This document shows positions 28,934-37,924 of a stretch of 51,795 bases of DNA, piece by piece. The number at the start of each line of letters is the position of its first letter. Positions within the stretch are counted from its first letter, which is position 1. Source of the DNA: an uncultured archaeon (GTDB lineage Archaea; Aenigmatarchaeota; Aenigmatarchaeia; CG10238-14; SCSR01); NCBI GenBank assembly GCA_964366355.1, contig CAYITO010000002.1, positions 1 through 51,795 on the forward strand, given 5' to 3'. The notes below the pieces were generated by a model. That model saw only the letters and a list, made by a program, of their open reading frames with translations, did no database searches and was not told the DNA's origin. The translations under genes were made by a program, and so were the position numbers.

Positions 28934-29683
28934 GTGGTTGAAAAGCCGAAAATAATCGTGGTAATTCTTGCGCAGAATTCTGAGAAGACTATTGGAAAAA
29001 CTTATCAAGACATTCCACATGGGTTAGTGAAGAAAATAATTATACATGACGATGCCAGCAAGGATCGGACAGTTTATATTGCCAAAAGACTTGGTTTAGA
29101 GACAATTGTACAAAAAATATCTAAAGGTTATGGCGGATCGCAAAAGGCTGCCTATACAGAAGCACTGAAGCAGAATGCCGATGTCATAGTAATGTTGCAT
29201 GCTGATTATCAATATGATCCAAAGAAAATTCCGGAATTAGTAAGACCTCTGATTGAAGGAAAGCGTGATATAATGCTCGGTTCTAGGATGATTGGCAAAG
29301 GTGCATTGAGAGGCAGAATGCCTTTGTGGAGATATGTGGGAAATAAGGTTCTCACCAAGATTGAAAACATAGTTCTAGGATTGGATTTATCGGAATTTCA
29401 CACCGGACTTAGGGCTTATAACAGAAACTTCCTTCAAACCATCCCATTTAAACTTAATTCGGACGATTTCGTTTTTGATCAGCAGGTTCTGATACAGGCT
29501 GTAGTTTTTGGCTTTAAAGAAAGGATTGGTGAAATTGGCATTCCCACCCGGTATTTCAAAGAAGGCTCAAGCATAAGTCTTAAAAATTCATTGATATACA
29601 CATTAGACACGGTTAAAAGTCTCTTAATATATATTCTACACAAATACAGAATTAAAACTTCTAAAAATTTGATTAGAAAGTGA
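28934..29683 (+). CDS. Family-2 glycosyltransferase (dolichyl-phosphate sugar synthase-like)
   Basis: IIVVILAQNSEKTIGKT ... IIHDDASKDRT ... GT-A fold DxD region. Confidence 0.75.
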   Translation: MVEKPKIIVVILAQNSEKTIGKTYQDIPHGLVKKIIIHDDASKDRTVYIAKRLGLETIVQKISKGYGGSQKAAYTEALKQNADVIVMLHADYQYDPKKIPELVRPLIEGKRDIMLGSRMIGKGALRGRMPLWRYVGNKVLTKIENIVLGLDLSEFHTGLRAYNRNFLQTIPFKLNSDDFVFDQQVLIQAVVFGFKERIGEIGIPTRYFKEGSSISLKNSLIYTLDTVKSLLIYILHKYRIKTSKNLIRK

Positions 29684-29733
29684 ATTGCCTGCATTTTTAT
29701 TTTATAAAGTGTCTATTCTAACTAACGTTAGAC

Positions 29734-30849
29734 ATGCGCATCGCAATAACGAAACCGCATATATCTACTAGAAATAAGATATTGATTCTGCTGATTTTAG
29801 GCATTATTGTTAGATTGTTATTTTGGTCTTCCAAATTGTCATTTGTTGACAACGAAAGCATTTCGCATTTAAGATATGCTGAAAGTATAATGAATTTGGA
29901 GATTCCTAAAACCCAGTGGATAGGCACAAAAGACGGTTTTTATTCTTATGAATCTTACCCACCTAGCCTATATTTAATTACAGCTTCTTTTGGAATTTTT
30001 GCATCTAATATTTTTTCATTCACTCTCTTGGCAAAAATCGTTAGCCTAATTTTTTCTTTATTGACTCTTGCAGTTAGTGCAATCTATTCGCTTAAAATGA
30101 AAAATCATTATGTAATAGCATTAGTTGCCCTGATTCCCTTAGAGTGGTTCGAATCCTTACCGAGGTTTAATAACGACATTGTAGTGGCGTTTTTCGCTTC
30201 TTTGGTATTCCTGGTTGCATTAAAGGAGATTAATGCCAAAAATATGATTATTCTCGCTTTGTTTACTTCGCTGGCTCTACTTTCAAAATTTACTGCCATA
30301 TTGCTATTGATACCCATGCTACTCTACATTTGGTTTAATTCAAAAAATCTCAAATTCATTTTAATTTTCCTGGCCATCACGGCTTTTATTGCAGGTCCAT
30401 GGTATTTGAGAAATCTATTGCTTTATGGAGATCCCTTATTTGTTCCTTACACAGAAGCCGAACAGGCGGGCCCTAAAAGTCTTGCCTTCTTTATGGAGGG
30501 CTATGTATTCGGATTCTTCCCTTTTTGCACACTTGGTTACATTGAGGACATAGTAATTTTAGGCGTATCTGTTTTTCTCATATATACCATAATGAGAGGC
30601 TTGGAGGAAAGGTTTAGGCATATGGCATCTTCCAAGATTGTTGATCCGGCCGCCTTGTTTCTCCCATTGATATTTGTTGTTTGGATAGCCGTTAAATATG
30701 TATTTCCAAGTGGATCTGCTAAATATCTCCTTCCAGCTCTATTGCCTCTGGCGGTTATTTCTAGTTCCGGAACTAAAAACAAGTATATCGTTTGGTTTGT
30801 TAGCATTAGTTTTGCCTATCTGTTTATCAAAGTTTTATTAACATGCTGA
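29734..30849 (+). CDS. Polytopic membrane protein, probably a GT-C-type glycosyltransferase (ArnT/PMT-like), paralog 1
   Basis: 371 aa with about 10 predicted TM helices. It sits in a glycosylation gene context. The fold assignment is inference. Confidence 0.45.
   Translation: MRIAITKPHISTRNKILILLILGIIVRLLFWSSKLSFVDNESISHLRYAESIMNLEIPKTQWIGTKDGFYSYESYPPSLYLITASFGIFASNIFSFTLLAKIVSLIFSLLTLAVSAIYSLKMKNHYVIALVALIPLEWFESLPRFNNDIVVAFFASLVFLVALKEINAKNMIILALFTSLALLSKFTAILLLIPMLLYIWFNSKNLKFILIFLAITAFIAGPWYLRNLLLYGDPLFVPYTEAEQAGPKSLAFFMEGYVFGFFPFCTLGYIEDIVILGVSVFLIYTIMRGLEERFRHMASSKIVDPAALFLPLIFVVWIAVKYVFPSGSAKYLLPALLPLAVISSSGTKNKYIVWFVSISFAYLFIKVLLTC
29864..30260. repeat. About 400-bp near-identical segment (copy 1) shared by the two membrane-protein paralogs
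   Basis: agcatttcgcatttaagatatgctgaaagtataatgaatttggag ... ggagattaat is matched almost base-for-base at 31584..31980. The first clear mismatches fall near 30233 and 30237. Confidence 0.85.
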
Positions 30850-30861
30850 TAAAGTTTTAGT

Positions 30862-31416
30862 ATGAATGTCATTTTAAAGATTCTATTTAAGTTTCGTGCC
30901 AAATACTATGCGAAACATCTTTTTCCATATTTAAAGGGAACTGACAAGGTTTTGGATATTGGTGCTGGAAGTGGCTTTATCTCTGAACATTTGGCAGAAA
31001 AATGCTCAATGGAATTGGTTGATGTTAAGGATTACAACCAAACCTCACTTCCTTTGAAGATATTTGATGGCGAACATTTGCCTTATAGAAATAGCTCATT
31101 CGATAAATGCATTCTTGTAACTGTACTGCATCATGCTAGCTTGCCAAGGCAAATAAAATTATTAAAAGAAGCCAAAAGAGTTGGCAAAAAAGTTATAATC
31201 ATCGAGGCATTGTATTATAATTCTATTCAAAGCGTGTGGTTAAAATTCTACGATTTATTTTTAAATTTTATAGCAGGTGTTCCCGTAAAATGGACTTTCC
31301 ACGATGACAAGACTTGGAAACAGTTGTTTGGAAAAGTTGGCTTGAAATTGAAATCGGAAAAAGAATTCCCAGGAGCTATCGGATTGATAAAATTAAAGCT
31401 ATATGAGTTAGCATGA
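30862..31416 (+). CDS. Class I SAM-dependent methyltransferase
   Basis: VLDIGAGSGFISEHL (motif I) ... ILVTVLHH. Confidence 0.7.
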   Translation: MNVILKILFKFRAKYYAKHLFPYLKGTDKVLDIGAGSGFISEHLAEKCSMELVDVKDYNQTSLPLKIFDGEHLPYRNSSFDKCILVTVLHHASLPRQIKLLKEAKRVGKKVIIIEALYYNSIQSVWLKFYDLFLNFIAGVPVKWTFHDDKTWKQLFGKVGLKLKSEKEFPGAIGLIKLKLYELA

Positions 31417-31583
31417 TATTTCTTTAGTTGACTATCATTTACTTAATACGTTATAATTTAATTAAAAGGTGATACGGGATAAAAGGTTTAATATCACTTC
31501 CTATAAAGCATAAGATAATTCTCTTATTAGGTATAGGTATTATACTTCAAATTGTATATTGGAGTACTCGAATAAATATTTTT

Positions 31584-31980
31584 GACCACGATAGCATTTC
31601 GCATTTAAGATATGCTGAAAGTATAATGAATTTGGAGATTCCTAAAACCCAGTGGATAGGCACAAAAGACGGTTTTTATTCTTATGAATCTTACCCACCT
31701 AGCCTATATTTAATTACAGCTTCTTTTGGAATTTTTGCATCTAATATTTTTTCATTCACTCTCTTGGCAAAAATCGTTAGCCTAATTTTTTCTTTATTGA
31801 CTCTTGCAGTTAGTGCAATCTATTCGCTTAAAATGAAAAATCATTATGTAATAGCATTAGTTGCCCTGATTCCCTTAGAGTGGTTCGAATCCTTACCGAG
31901 GTTTAATAACGACATTGTAGTGGCGTTTTTCGCTTCTTTGGTATTCCTGGTTGCATTAAAGGAGATTAATACCAAAAATG
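31584..31980. repeat. About 400-bp near-identical segment (copy 2)
   Basis: See 29864..30260. The 3' parts of the two genes are much more diverged, which indicates gene conversion or a recent partial duplication. Confidence 0.85.
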
Positions 31981-32597
31981 TGATTATTCTCGCTTTGTTT
32001 ACATCTTTTGCGCTGTTATCAAATTATAATGCATTGGTGCTCGCCTTAGTTACTTTATTTTACATTAAAAACAATTCCAAGAACAGAAAATTAGTTATAA
32101 TGTTTATAGCTATAGTAGCTTTGCTTGCAGGTCCATGGTATTTGAGAAATCTATTGCTTTATGGAGATCCCTTATATGTGCCTTCGCTGATTCATACTGA
32201 AGATTATAAGCCTGCCAGAGGAGCAGGAATATTTTTTGAAAATTATTTTTTAGGGTTCTTTCCTAGTTGTATTGTTGGGCTTCACTTAAATTACATAACC
32301 CTGTTTTTAACAATTCTTATTATATTTTTTACAATGAGAAATTTAGAGGACAGATTTAAACACATGTTATCTCTCAAGATTGTTGATCCGATTGCGTTAT
32401 TTCTTCCACTTTTGTTGATTAGCTGGATTTTATTTGGTTATACTTATTCTGATTTATTTTCGCCACGTTATTTAATTTCAGGCATTTTGCCGTTATCTGT
32501 TGTCGCTTCTTCTAGCATTAAATCTAAATACGGATTTTGGATCATTTACATTGGATTTATGTATTTCTTTTTTCATAATTTCATAAATTGTTTGTAG
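31626..32597 (+). CDS. Polytopic membrane protein paralog 2. No canonical start codon lies upstream, although about 50 homologous in-frame codons are present
   Basis: The in-frame upstream translation YGIKGLISLPIKHKIILLLGIGIILQIVYWSTRINIFDHDSISHLRYAESI aligns to paralog 1 residues 10-50. It contains no ATG/GTG/TTG back to the stop at 31470-31472. Confidence 0.55.
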   Translation: MNLEIPKTQWIGTKDGFYSYESYPPSLYLITASFGIFASNIFSFTLLAKIVSLIFSLLTLAVSAIYSLKMKNHYVIALVALIPLEWFESLPRFNNDIVVAFFASLVFLVALKEINTKNVIILALFTSFALLSNYNALVLALVTLFYIKNNSKNRKLVIMFIAIVALLAGPWYLRNLLLYGDPLYVPSLIHTEDYKPARGAGIFFENYFLGFFPSCIVGLHLNYITLFLTILIIFFTMRNLEDRFKHMLSLKIVDPIALFLPLLLISWILFGYTYSDLFSPRYLISGILPLSVVASSSIKSKYGFWIIYIGFMYFFFHNFINCL

Positions 32598-32606
32598 TGT
32601 ATGTGC

Positions 32607-32636
32607 ATGGTAAACGTAATCAAAGCCGACGGCAAG
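32607..32636. repeat. Decayed duplicate of the 5' end of the ATP-cone gene (atggtaaacgtaatcaaagccgacggcaag, giving MVNVIKADGKL*)
   Basis: 27/30 identical, apart from a 3-nt indel, to 33180..33212 (atggtggacgtaataaaagccgacggcagcaag). Confidence 0.8.
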
Positions 32637-32669
32637 CTTTAATAGAATGCCAGCGTATCTTTATTTTGT

Positions 32670-32912
32670 ATGACCATGAAATCTGCAACAAACGAGGAAA
32701 GACTGTTAAGGCACTTGGAACCGAAGATAAGGAGAATAGTGCATGAAACTCTAAAGGAGGCCTTACCCAACGAAATATATTATCCTCCAGAATATAAGCT
32801 GAAAAAGAGCTTTGTAAAAAGGGTGTTGGAAGCTCAAAGAAGAGTTAAAGAAGGCAATGGAAAGACCTACACTTACGAAGAATTTAAAAGGAAGTTTCTA
32901 AAAGGTTTGTAG
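32670..32912 (+). CDS. Antitoxin partner of the RelE-like toxin (family unassigned)
   Basis: 80 aa, directly upstream of and abutting the toxin gene. Confidence 0.45.
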   Translation: MTMKSATNEERLLRHLEPKIRRIVHETLKEALPNEIYYPPEYKLKKSFVKRVLEAQRRVKEGNGKTYTYEEFKRKFLKGL

Positions 32913-33179
32913 ATGGAAAATCCTTATGATATTAAGATTGAATCCAAACTTGAAAAGTTGCTTAACAAGATAAAAAAGAAGGATAGGATTTTATACGAAA
33001 GGATTATTAAACAGATGCTAAAATTGGCTGAAACTCCTAAGCAAGGAAAACCATTGAGAAACATTCTAAAAGGTAAATGGAGAGTGCAAATTGGTCCTTT
33101 CGTATTGGTTTATGCAATTGACGAGAATCAACATAAAGTAGTATTTTTAGAGTTTGAACACCATGACAGGGTGTATTGA
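32913..33179 (+). CDS. RelE/ParE-family type II toxin
   Basis: GKPLRNILKGKWRVQIGPFVLVYAIDENQHKVVFLEFEHHDRVY. Its stop TGA is immediately followed by the ATG of the next gene. Confidence 0.75.
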   Translation: MENPYDIKIESKLEKLLNKIKKKDRILYERIIKQMLKLAETPKQGKPLRNILKGKWRVQIGPFVLVYAIDENQHKVVFLEFEHHDRVY

Positions 33180-33992
33180 ATGGTGGACGTAATAAAAGCC
33201 GACGGCAGCAAGCAGCCTTTCGAAAAATATAAAGTGGTTAGAACCTGCCTTAGAATGAAGGTAGATAGGGATGCTGCAGAGGGGATAGCAAACAGTATAG
33301 AAAAGAAGCTGTATGAAGGAATTGCAACCAAGCAAATCCTAAAGATGATCTTCAGTTACATAAGTGTATACAAGCCCCAAATGAAGCACCAAATAGATTT
33401 GCGGGAGGCTGTATGCCTATTAAGACCGAAACCTGATTTTGAACATTTCGTTGGGATGCTTCTAAAGGCTGAAGGATATGAAGTCAAAACAAACAAAATC
33501 GTCGCAGGAAGATGTGTAGAACATGAAATTGACGCTATTGCTAACAAGAGGAATGAAGCTTTGTATGTGGAAGCAAAACATCACTACAAGCCGCACTCTT
33601 ATACAGGCCTTGATGTTTTCCTTGAAACTCAGGCTACTTTTGAGGACTTGATAGAAGGCAAGAACAATTTTTCAAAGGCAGTTGTAATAACAAATGCCAA
33701 ACTGTCTGAACATGCCAAAAGATATGCGGAATGCAAGAATATTTCGGCCATAGGCTGGAGATATCCGAATGAAAATGGATTGGAATCTATGATAGAAAAG
33801 AATAGATTGTATCCGGTCACATTACTCAAAGGTTTGGATGTTAACATGCAAGCAAGACTGGCAGATAAGGGGATTATTTTGTTGAGCCAGCTTGCTGAAT
33901 ATAATGCGGAAAAATTGAACAAGATGGCGAAGATTGGCAAATCTAAAGCTAATCAAATCTTAAGGAAAGCCCATGAAATTTTAGGAAGCTGA
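33180..33992 (+). CDS. ATP-cone domain fused to an Mrr-like (PD-(D/E)xK) restriction-endonuclease domain and a C-terminal helix-hairpin-helix
   Basis: N-terminus VIKADGSKQPFEKYKVVRTCLRMKVDRDAAEGIANSIEKKL is an ATP-cone. The middle, FEHFVGMLLKAEGYEV ... HEIDAIA ... YVEAKHH ... AVVITNAKLSEHAKRYAECKNISAIGW, is Mrr_cat-like. The C-terminus, LLKGLDVNMQARLADKGIILLSQLAEYNAEKLNKMAKIGKSKANQIL, is an HhH. Confidence 0.6.
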   Translation: MVDVIKADGSKQPFEKYKVVRTCLRMKVDRDAAEGIANSIEKKLYEGIATKQILKMIFSYISVYKPQMKHQIDLREAVCLLRPKPDFEHFVGMLLKAEGYEVKTNKIVAGRCVEHEIDAIANKRNEALYVEAKHHYKPHSYTGLDVFLETQATFEDLIEGKNNFSKAVVITNAKLSEHAKRYAECKNISAIGWRYPNENGLESMIEKNRLYPVTLLKGLDVNMQARLADKGIILLSQLAEYNAEKLNKMAKIGKSKANQILRKAHEILGS

Positions 33993-34027
33993 ACCCACTT
34001 CAAAAGTTGTTGACGCCCAACTAAATT

Positions 34028-34714
34028 TTACGATTCGCAACCTATTCCATTTTTATTTCCATCAAATCGATGTGGATCTGGTGGCAAAACACGGAATTTT
34101 TTATACGATATATCCTTACAGTCCAAATCGGGCGGTGGCGGCGGGATACAAACATCGGGATAAGAAGGATCGCAGTTTTCTTTAGATTCGACGGTAGTAG
34201 ATTGTTGCCCTGACTGTGTACTATTTTGCTGAGTTTCTGTGGCGGCTTGTTGTGGCTGTTCACAATCGCTTGGACAAAGTTCGTAACTTTCGTCGGCATC
34301 GCATTTGCCATTTCCGCAGCATGTTGAAGAGTAGATAAGTGTGCAACTCCCAGAAACGCAAGAATTTTTATAACAACTATTCTTTTCCATTCCTTTGCAT
34401 CCCTCAACTTCACCTTTCAATACAGTATATTTGCATTTGAAGTCTGTTGTCTTGTTGCAATATTCATAGGTGCATGGGTTGCCGTCATTGCACGACTCTT
34501 TGCAACTTTCTTCAACCTTAACACTTTCTGCAGTCGCGGAAGATTTAGTTTCAGTTGGTTCTGGCTCATTGTCTATTTCAACAGCTGTAGTTTCCGATGT
34601 TATAATATATTTATCATTGTTAATGGAATTTTGAAAGCTGAAATTGGTTATAACATAAGTAGTTAGTGAAGAAATTGCCACGGCCAAAACAAGGTAGATT
34701 GCAAGCTTATCCAT
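34028..34714 (-). CDS. Secreted Cys-rich protein with a C-terminal Excalibur (extracellular Ca-binding) domain
   Basis: Signal/TM segment MDKLAIYLVLAVAISSLTTYVI. About 24 Cys. The C-terminal DCKDISYKKFRVLPPDPHRFDGNKNGIGCE matches the Excalibur DxDxDGxxCE pattern. Confidence 0.6.
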   Translation of the reverse strand: MDKLAIYLVLAVAISSLTTYVITNFSFQNSINNDKYIITSETTAVEIDNEPEPTETKSSATAESVKVEESCKESCNDGNPCTYEYCNKTTDFKCKYTVLKGEVEGCKGMEKNSCYKNSCVSGSCTLIYSSTCCGNGKCDADESYELCPSDCEQPQQAATETQQNSTQSGQQSTTVESKENCDPSYPDVCIPPPPPDLDCKDISYKKFRVLPPDPHRFDGNKNGIGCES

Positions 34715-34746
34715 AGATTTAATTGTTTTAGATAAAATATATTTAA

Positions 34747-35592
34747 TTAAGAAATCCTTTTTGACAGAAAATCCTTAGCCACCTTCTCGTAATCTTCAGG
34801 CATGCCTATATCAGCCCAATACCCGTTGTAAACAAATCCGTACAGATTTTCCTTCTTCACCAGCTCTGCAAATATATCGTTCTCAAGCGAGACCATCTTG
34901 TTCTTGGCAATGAACCTGAATATCTCCGGCTCCAGAACACACAAGCCTGCATTGATCAATCCCGATGTCGCGTACTTTGGCTTTTCTGTGAAATCAACTA
35001 TCCTTCCTTCATCATTAATTTCAACCAGCCCGAATCTTCTTGCATCCTTCGCCTTCCAGAGAACTAGCGTGCCTAAAGCCTGTTTCTCCTTGTGGAATTT
35101 CATGATTTCCTTGAGGTCAATGTTCCCAAACAAGACATCCCCGTATGTGAAGAAGAAGGGTGAGTTGACCAAATTCTCAGCATTCTTCAAAGCCCCTCCT
35201 GTGCCAAGTGGGTTTTTCTCCGGGGCGTATTGTATGTTGATTCCCAGTGACGAGCCGTCTCCAAAATATTTTACAATATGCTCGGCCATATAGCCTATTG
35301 ACAAAACAAAATTATTGAAGCCTTGGCTGCTGTAGAATTGCAATGTATGTTCTAGAATCGGCTTATATCCCAAAGGCAGCATTGACTTGGGTATTGATAG
35401 CGTCAGGGGCCTCATTCTGCTCCCCTCACCGCCGCACAAGATGACTACTTTGGTTGCTTCCCTTGCGAGCTTCTCTTTCACAGATTCGATGATAAATGTC
35501 CCCTTTTTCCTTTCAGGAACCTTCGCTGAAAGCTCCTTCCACAAATCCGGAGGGAATTCAATTGACGTCCTGTGCTTGAACATGCCAATCAC
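34747..35592 (-). CDS. Sugar-phosphate nucleotidyltransferase (RmlA/ManC-like) with a ribbon-helix-helix-like N-terminal extension
   Basis: VVILCGGEGSRMRPLT ... GTGGAL is the NTP-transferase core. The 45 aa N-terminal extension SIEFPPDLWKELSAKVPERKKGTFIIESVKEKLARE has an RHH pattern, with no internal Met. Confidence 0.65.
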   Translation of the reverse strand: MIGMFKHRTSIEFPPDLWKELSAKVPERKKGTFIIESVKEKLAREATKVVILCGGEGSRMRPLTLSIPKSMLPLGYKPILEHTLQFYSSQGFNNFVLSIGYMAEHIVKYFGDGSSLGINIQYAPEKNPLGTGGALKNAENLVNSPFFFTYGDVLFGNIDLKEIMKFHKEKQALGTLVLWKAKDARRFGLVEINDEGRIVDFTEKPKYATSGLINAGLCVLEPEIFRFIAKNKMVSLENDIFAELVKKENLYGFVYNGYWADIGMPEDYEKVAKDFLSKRIS

Positions 35593-35665
35593 TAATATGT
35601 GAAATTTGTTTATATATAAACTTTATGTACATAGAACTTATATGGTTAAATATAGCGTATAACTA

Positions 35666-36880
35666 TTGTCTTTTATGCCTACAAAGCCTGCAGACCTAAG
35701 CAATTCTATAGTTTTCTTGCGTGTGGATATGAATTCCCCGATGGATCCTTCCGGGAAATTTTTGGACGAACACAGGGTAATAGACGGTGTGAATGCGATA
35801 AAATGGTGCTTTTCCAATGATGCTGATGTTGTTGTAGTGATATCTCACCAAGGCAGGAAGAAGGAGGAGACATTAAAACCGCATTTTAAAATAGTCAACA
35901 AGCACTTTCCGAATAGGGCTAAATTTATTGACAACATTTCTGATTTACCAAAAGAAGCTGAGGCTGCAAAAAAGGATAGTATACTCCTATTGGAAAATAT
36001 CAGAAGTTTGGACCAAGAGAAAAAGTATGATGATGTAACCAAGACTGCACTCTATAATGCCTTCAAGGAGACAGAAAAATTAACCGGTAAAAGAATCATC
36101 TATGCCAAGGACGACTTGTCTGTTTGCCACAGGAAGGATTTGAGCGTGTATGGGCTGCCGATGCAACTGAAATCCGAAGGGCATGAAGTAGTTGCAGGCC
36201 AGCTGCTTAGAAATGAATTGGATAGGGTAAAGATAACCAAGGAAAAGATATCGCATGGAAATGTAATCTGCCTCTGGGGCGGGGGAAAGTTTGAAGATTA
36301 TCTGCATTTGTTTGAACCATTTTTGACAAAATACAAAAACGCTATTGTTTTGACCGCGGGCCCATTGGCATTGCTGATGTCTAAAGCAAGCGGGAAGGAC
36401 ATAGGCGAAAATGAAAAGATGTTTAATATCAATGGGGATGTTGTTGAAAGGGCCAATAAAATAATGGAAAAATATGGCAACAGGATACTTGTGCCGAAGG
36501 ATTTCTATGTAGAAAATTCCAATGGAAAGGAACTTGTGGATAATGGGAATTTAAATGGATTGATTGTTGACATTGGACCTAAGACCGTCAGGCTTTACAA
36601 GAGCATCGTAGCGAAAAATAAACATTCAACTATAATAGGGAATGGTCCGTTGGGGGAGTATGAGAAACTGCCGAATGCCAAAGGGACCATACAAGTTTAC
36701 ACAGAAGTATTCAGCCCCTTGAGAAAACATTTTGTTATAGGCGGCGGTGGGGATTTCAACACCATGATGGATATCCTTGGATTTGTGCCGAATATGCGTA
36801 GCAGCGGTGGGAAGGCTTTTCTTGAACTTTTGGCGTTCGGAACATTGCCTGGTTTAGAGCCTCTAGAACTTCGTAGATGA
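35666..36880 (+). CDS. pgk: Phosphoglycerate kinase (archaeal type)
   Basis: 404 aa: FLRVDMNSP ... archaeal PGK pattern. It is first in a pgk-gap-tpiA cluster. Confidence 0.85.
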   Translation: MSFMPTKPADLSNSIVFLRVDMNSPMDPSGKFLDEHRVIDGVNAIKWCFSNDADVVVVISHQGRKKEETLKPHFKIVNKHFPNRAKFIDNISDLPKEAEAAKKDSILLLENIRSLDQEKKYDDVTKTALYNAFKETEKLTGKRIIYAKDDLSVCHRKDLSVYGLPMQLKSEGHEVVAGQLLRNELDRVKITKEKISHGNVICLWGGGKFEDYLHLFEPFLTKYKNAIVLTAGPLALLMSKASGKDIGENEKMFNINGDVVERANKIMEKYGNRILVPKDFYVENSNGKELVDNGNLNGLIVDIGPKTVRLYKSIVAKNKHSTIIGNGPLGEYEKLPNAKGTIQVYTEVFSPLRKHFVIGGGGDFNTMMDILGFVPNMRSSGGKAFLELLAFGTLPGLEPLELRR

Positions 36881-36884
36881 TTTT

Positions 36885-37913
36885 ATGGTAGAAGTTTCTG
36901 TTAACGGATATGGAACTATAGGGAAGAGGGTGGCTGAAGCTGTAACAAAGCATCCCAAACTAAAGTTGGTTGGTGTTTCCAAGTATACGCCCGATCAAGA
37001 TGCTAAACTTGCAATATCCTGCGGATTGAATGTTTTTGTCCCGAAGGATTCTGTCAAAAGTTTTGAATCCAAAGGGATTGGTGTTGCTGGCTCTGTTGAT
37101 GACATGATAACTAGAAGCGAGATTGTTGTTGATGCATCGGGCGATAAAAAAGGTGTTCTAAACAAGCAAGCCGTATATAAGCCGCAAAACAAAAAAGCGA
37201 TATTCCAGGGTGGGGAGGAGGCTGATGTTGCAGATGTCAGCTTCAATGCGCGAAGCAATTTCGAACAAGCAAAAGGAAAGCAATTTGTTAGGGTGGTTAG
37301 CTGCAATACAACTGCTTATTGCAGATTACTAAAACCTTTGATTGAAAATTATAAAATAAAATACATAAACGCGTTTCTTATAAGAAGAGGTGCTGACTTA
37401 AGCGATGCGAAGGGTTCTGCACTGAATGCTGTGGAGTGGAAAGCACATTCGCACCATGCACATGACGTCCAGACTGTTTTGGGAAATATTCCAATCTCAA
37501 GCGTTGCGTTTAAAGTTCCCCACACGCATTCGCACATAAATTCAATGAGCATTATCTTCGAAAACGGAACCCCAAGCAAAGATGATTTGATAGATATCTA
37601 TTCAAAAGAAAGCAGGGTTGCAGTGCTGAACAACGCCAGCACCAGTGCGCAGATTGTGGAAGCGGCAAGGGATTTGGAATTGCCAAGGAATGACACGTAT
37701 GTTGCAGCGATGCTTGCAAACACTGTGGAAATAAATGATGGCGGGGTTTTCTTCAGCTTCTCAGTTCCCCAGGAATCTATAGTAGTCCCAGAAAATGTCG
37801 ACGCAATAATATCTCAAGCTGGCCTGATGCCTAAGGAAGAATCTATTAAACTTTCGAACGAAATTTTAAACATACCAAAAATAAAATCAAGTTTGGAAAA
37901 AATATTTGCTTGA
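36885..37913 (+). CDS. gap: Glyceraldehyde-3-phosphate dehydrogenase, archaeal type II
   Basis: VSVNGYGTIGKRVAEAV ... SCNTTA ... archaeal GAPDH. Confidence 0.85.
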   Translation: MVEVSVNGYGTIGKRVAEAVTKHPKLKLVGVSKYTPDQDAKLAISCGLNVFVPKDSVKSFESKGIGVAGSVDDMITRSEIVVDASGDKKGVLNKQAVYKPQNKKAIFQGGEEADVADVSFNARSNFEQAKGKQFVRVVSCNTTAYCRLLKPLIENYKIKYINAFLIRRGADLSDAKGSALNAVEWKAHSHHAHDVQTVLGNIPISSVAFKVPHTHSHINSMSIIFENGTPSKDDLIDIYSKESRVAVLNNASTSAQIVEAARDLELPRNDTYVAAMLANTVEINDGGVFFSFSVPQESIVVPENVDAIISQAGLMPKEESIKLSNEILNIPKIKSSLEKIFA

Positions 37914-37924
37914 ATTGATTTGTC

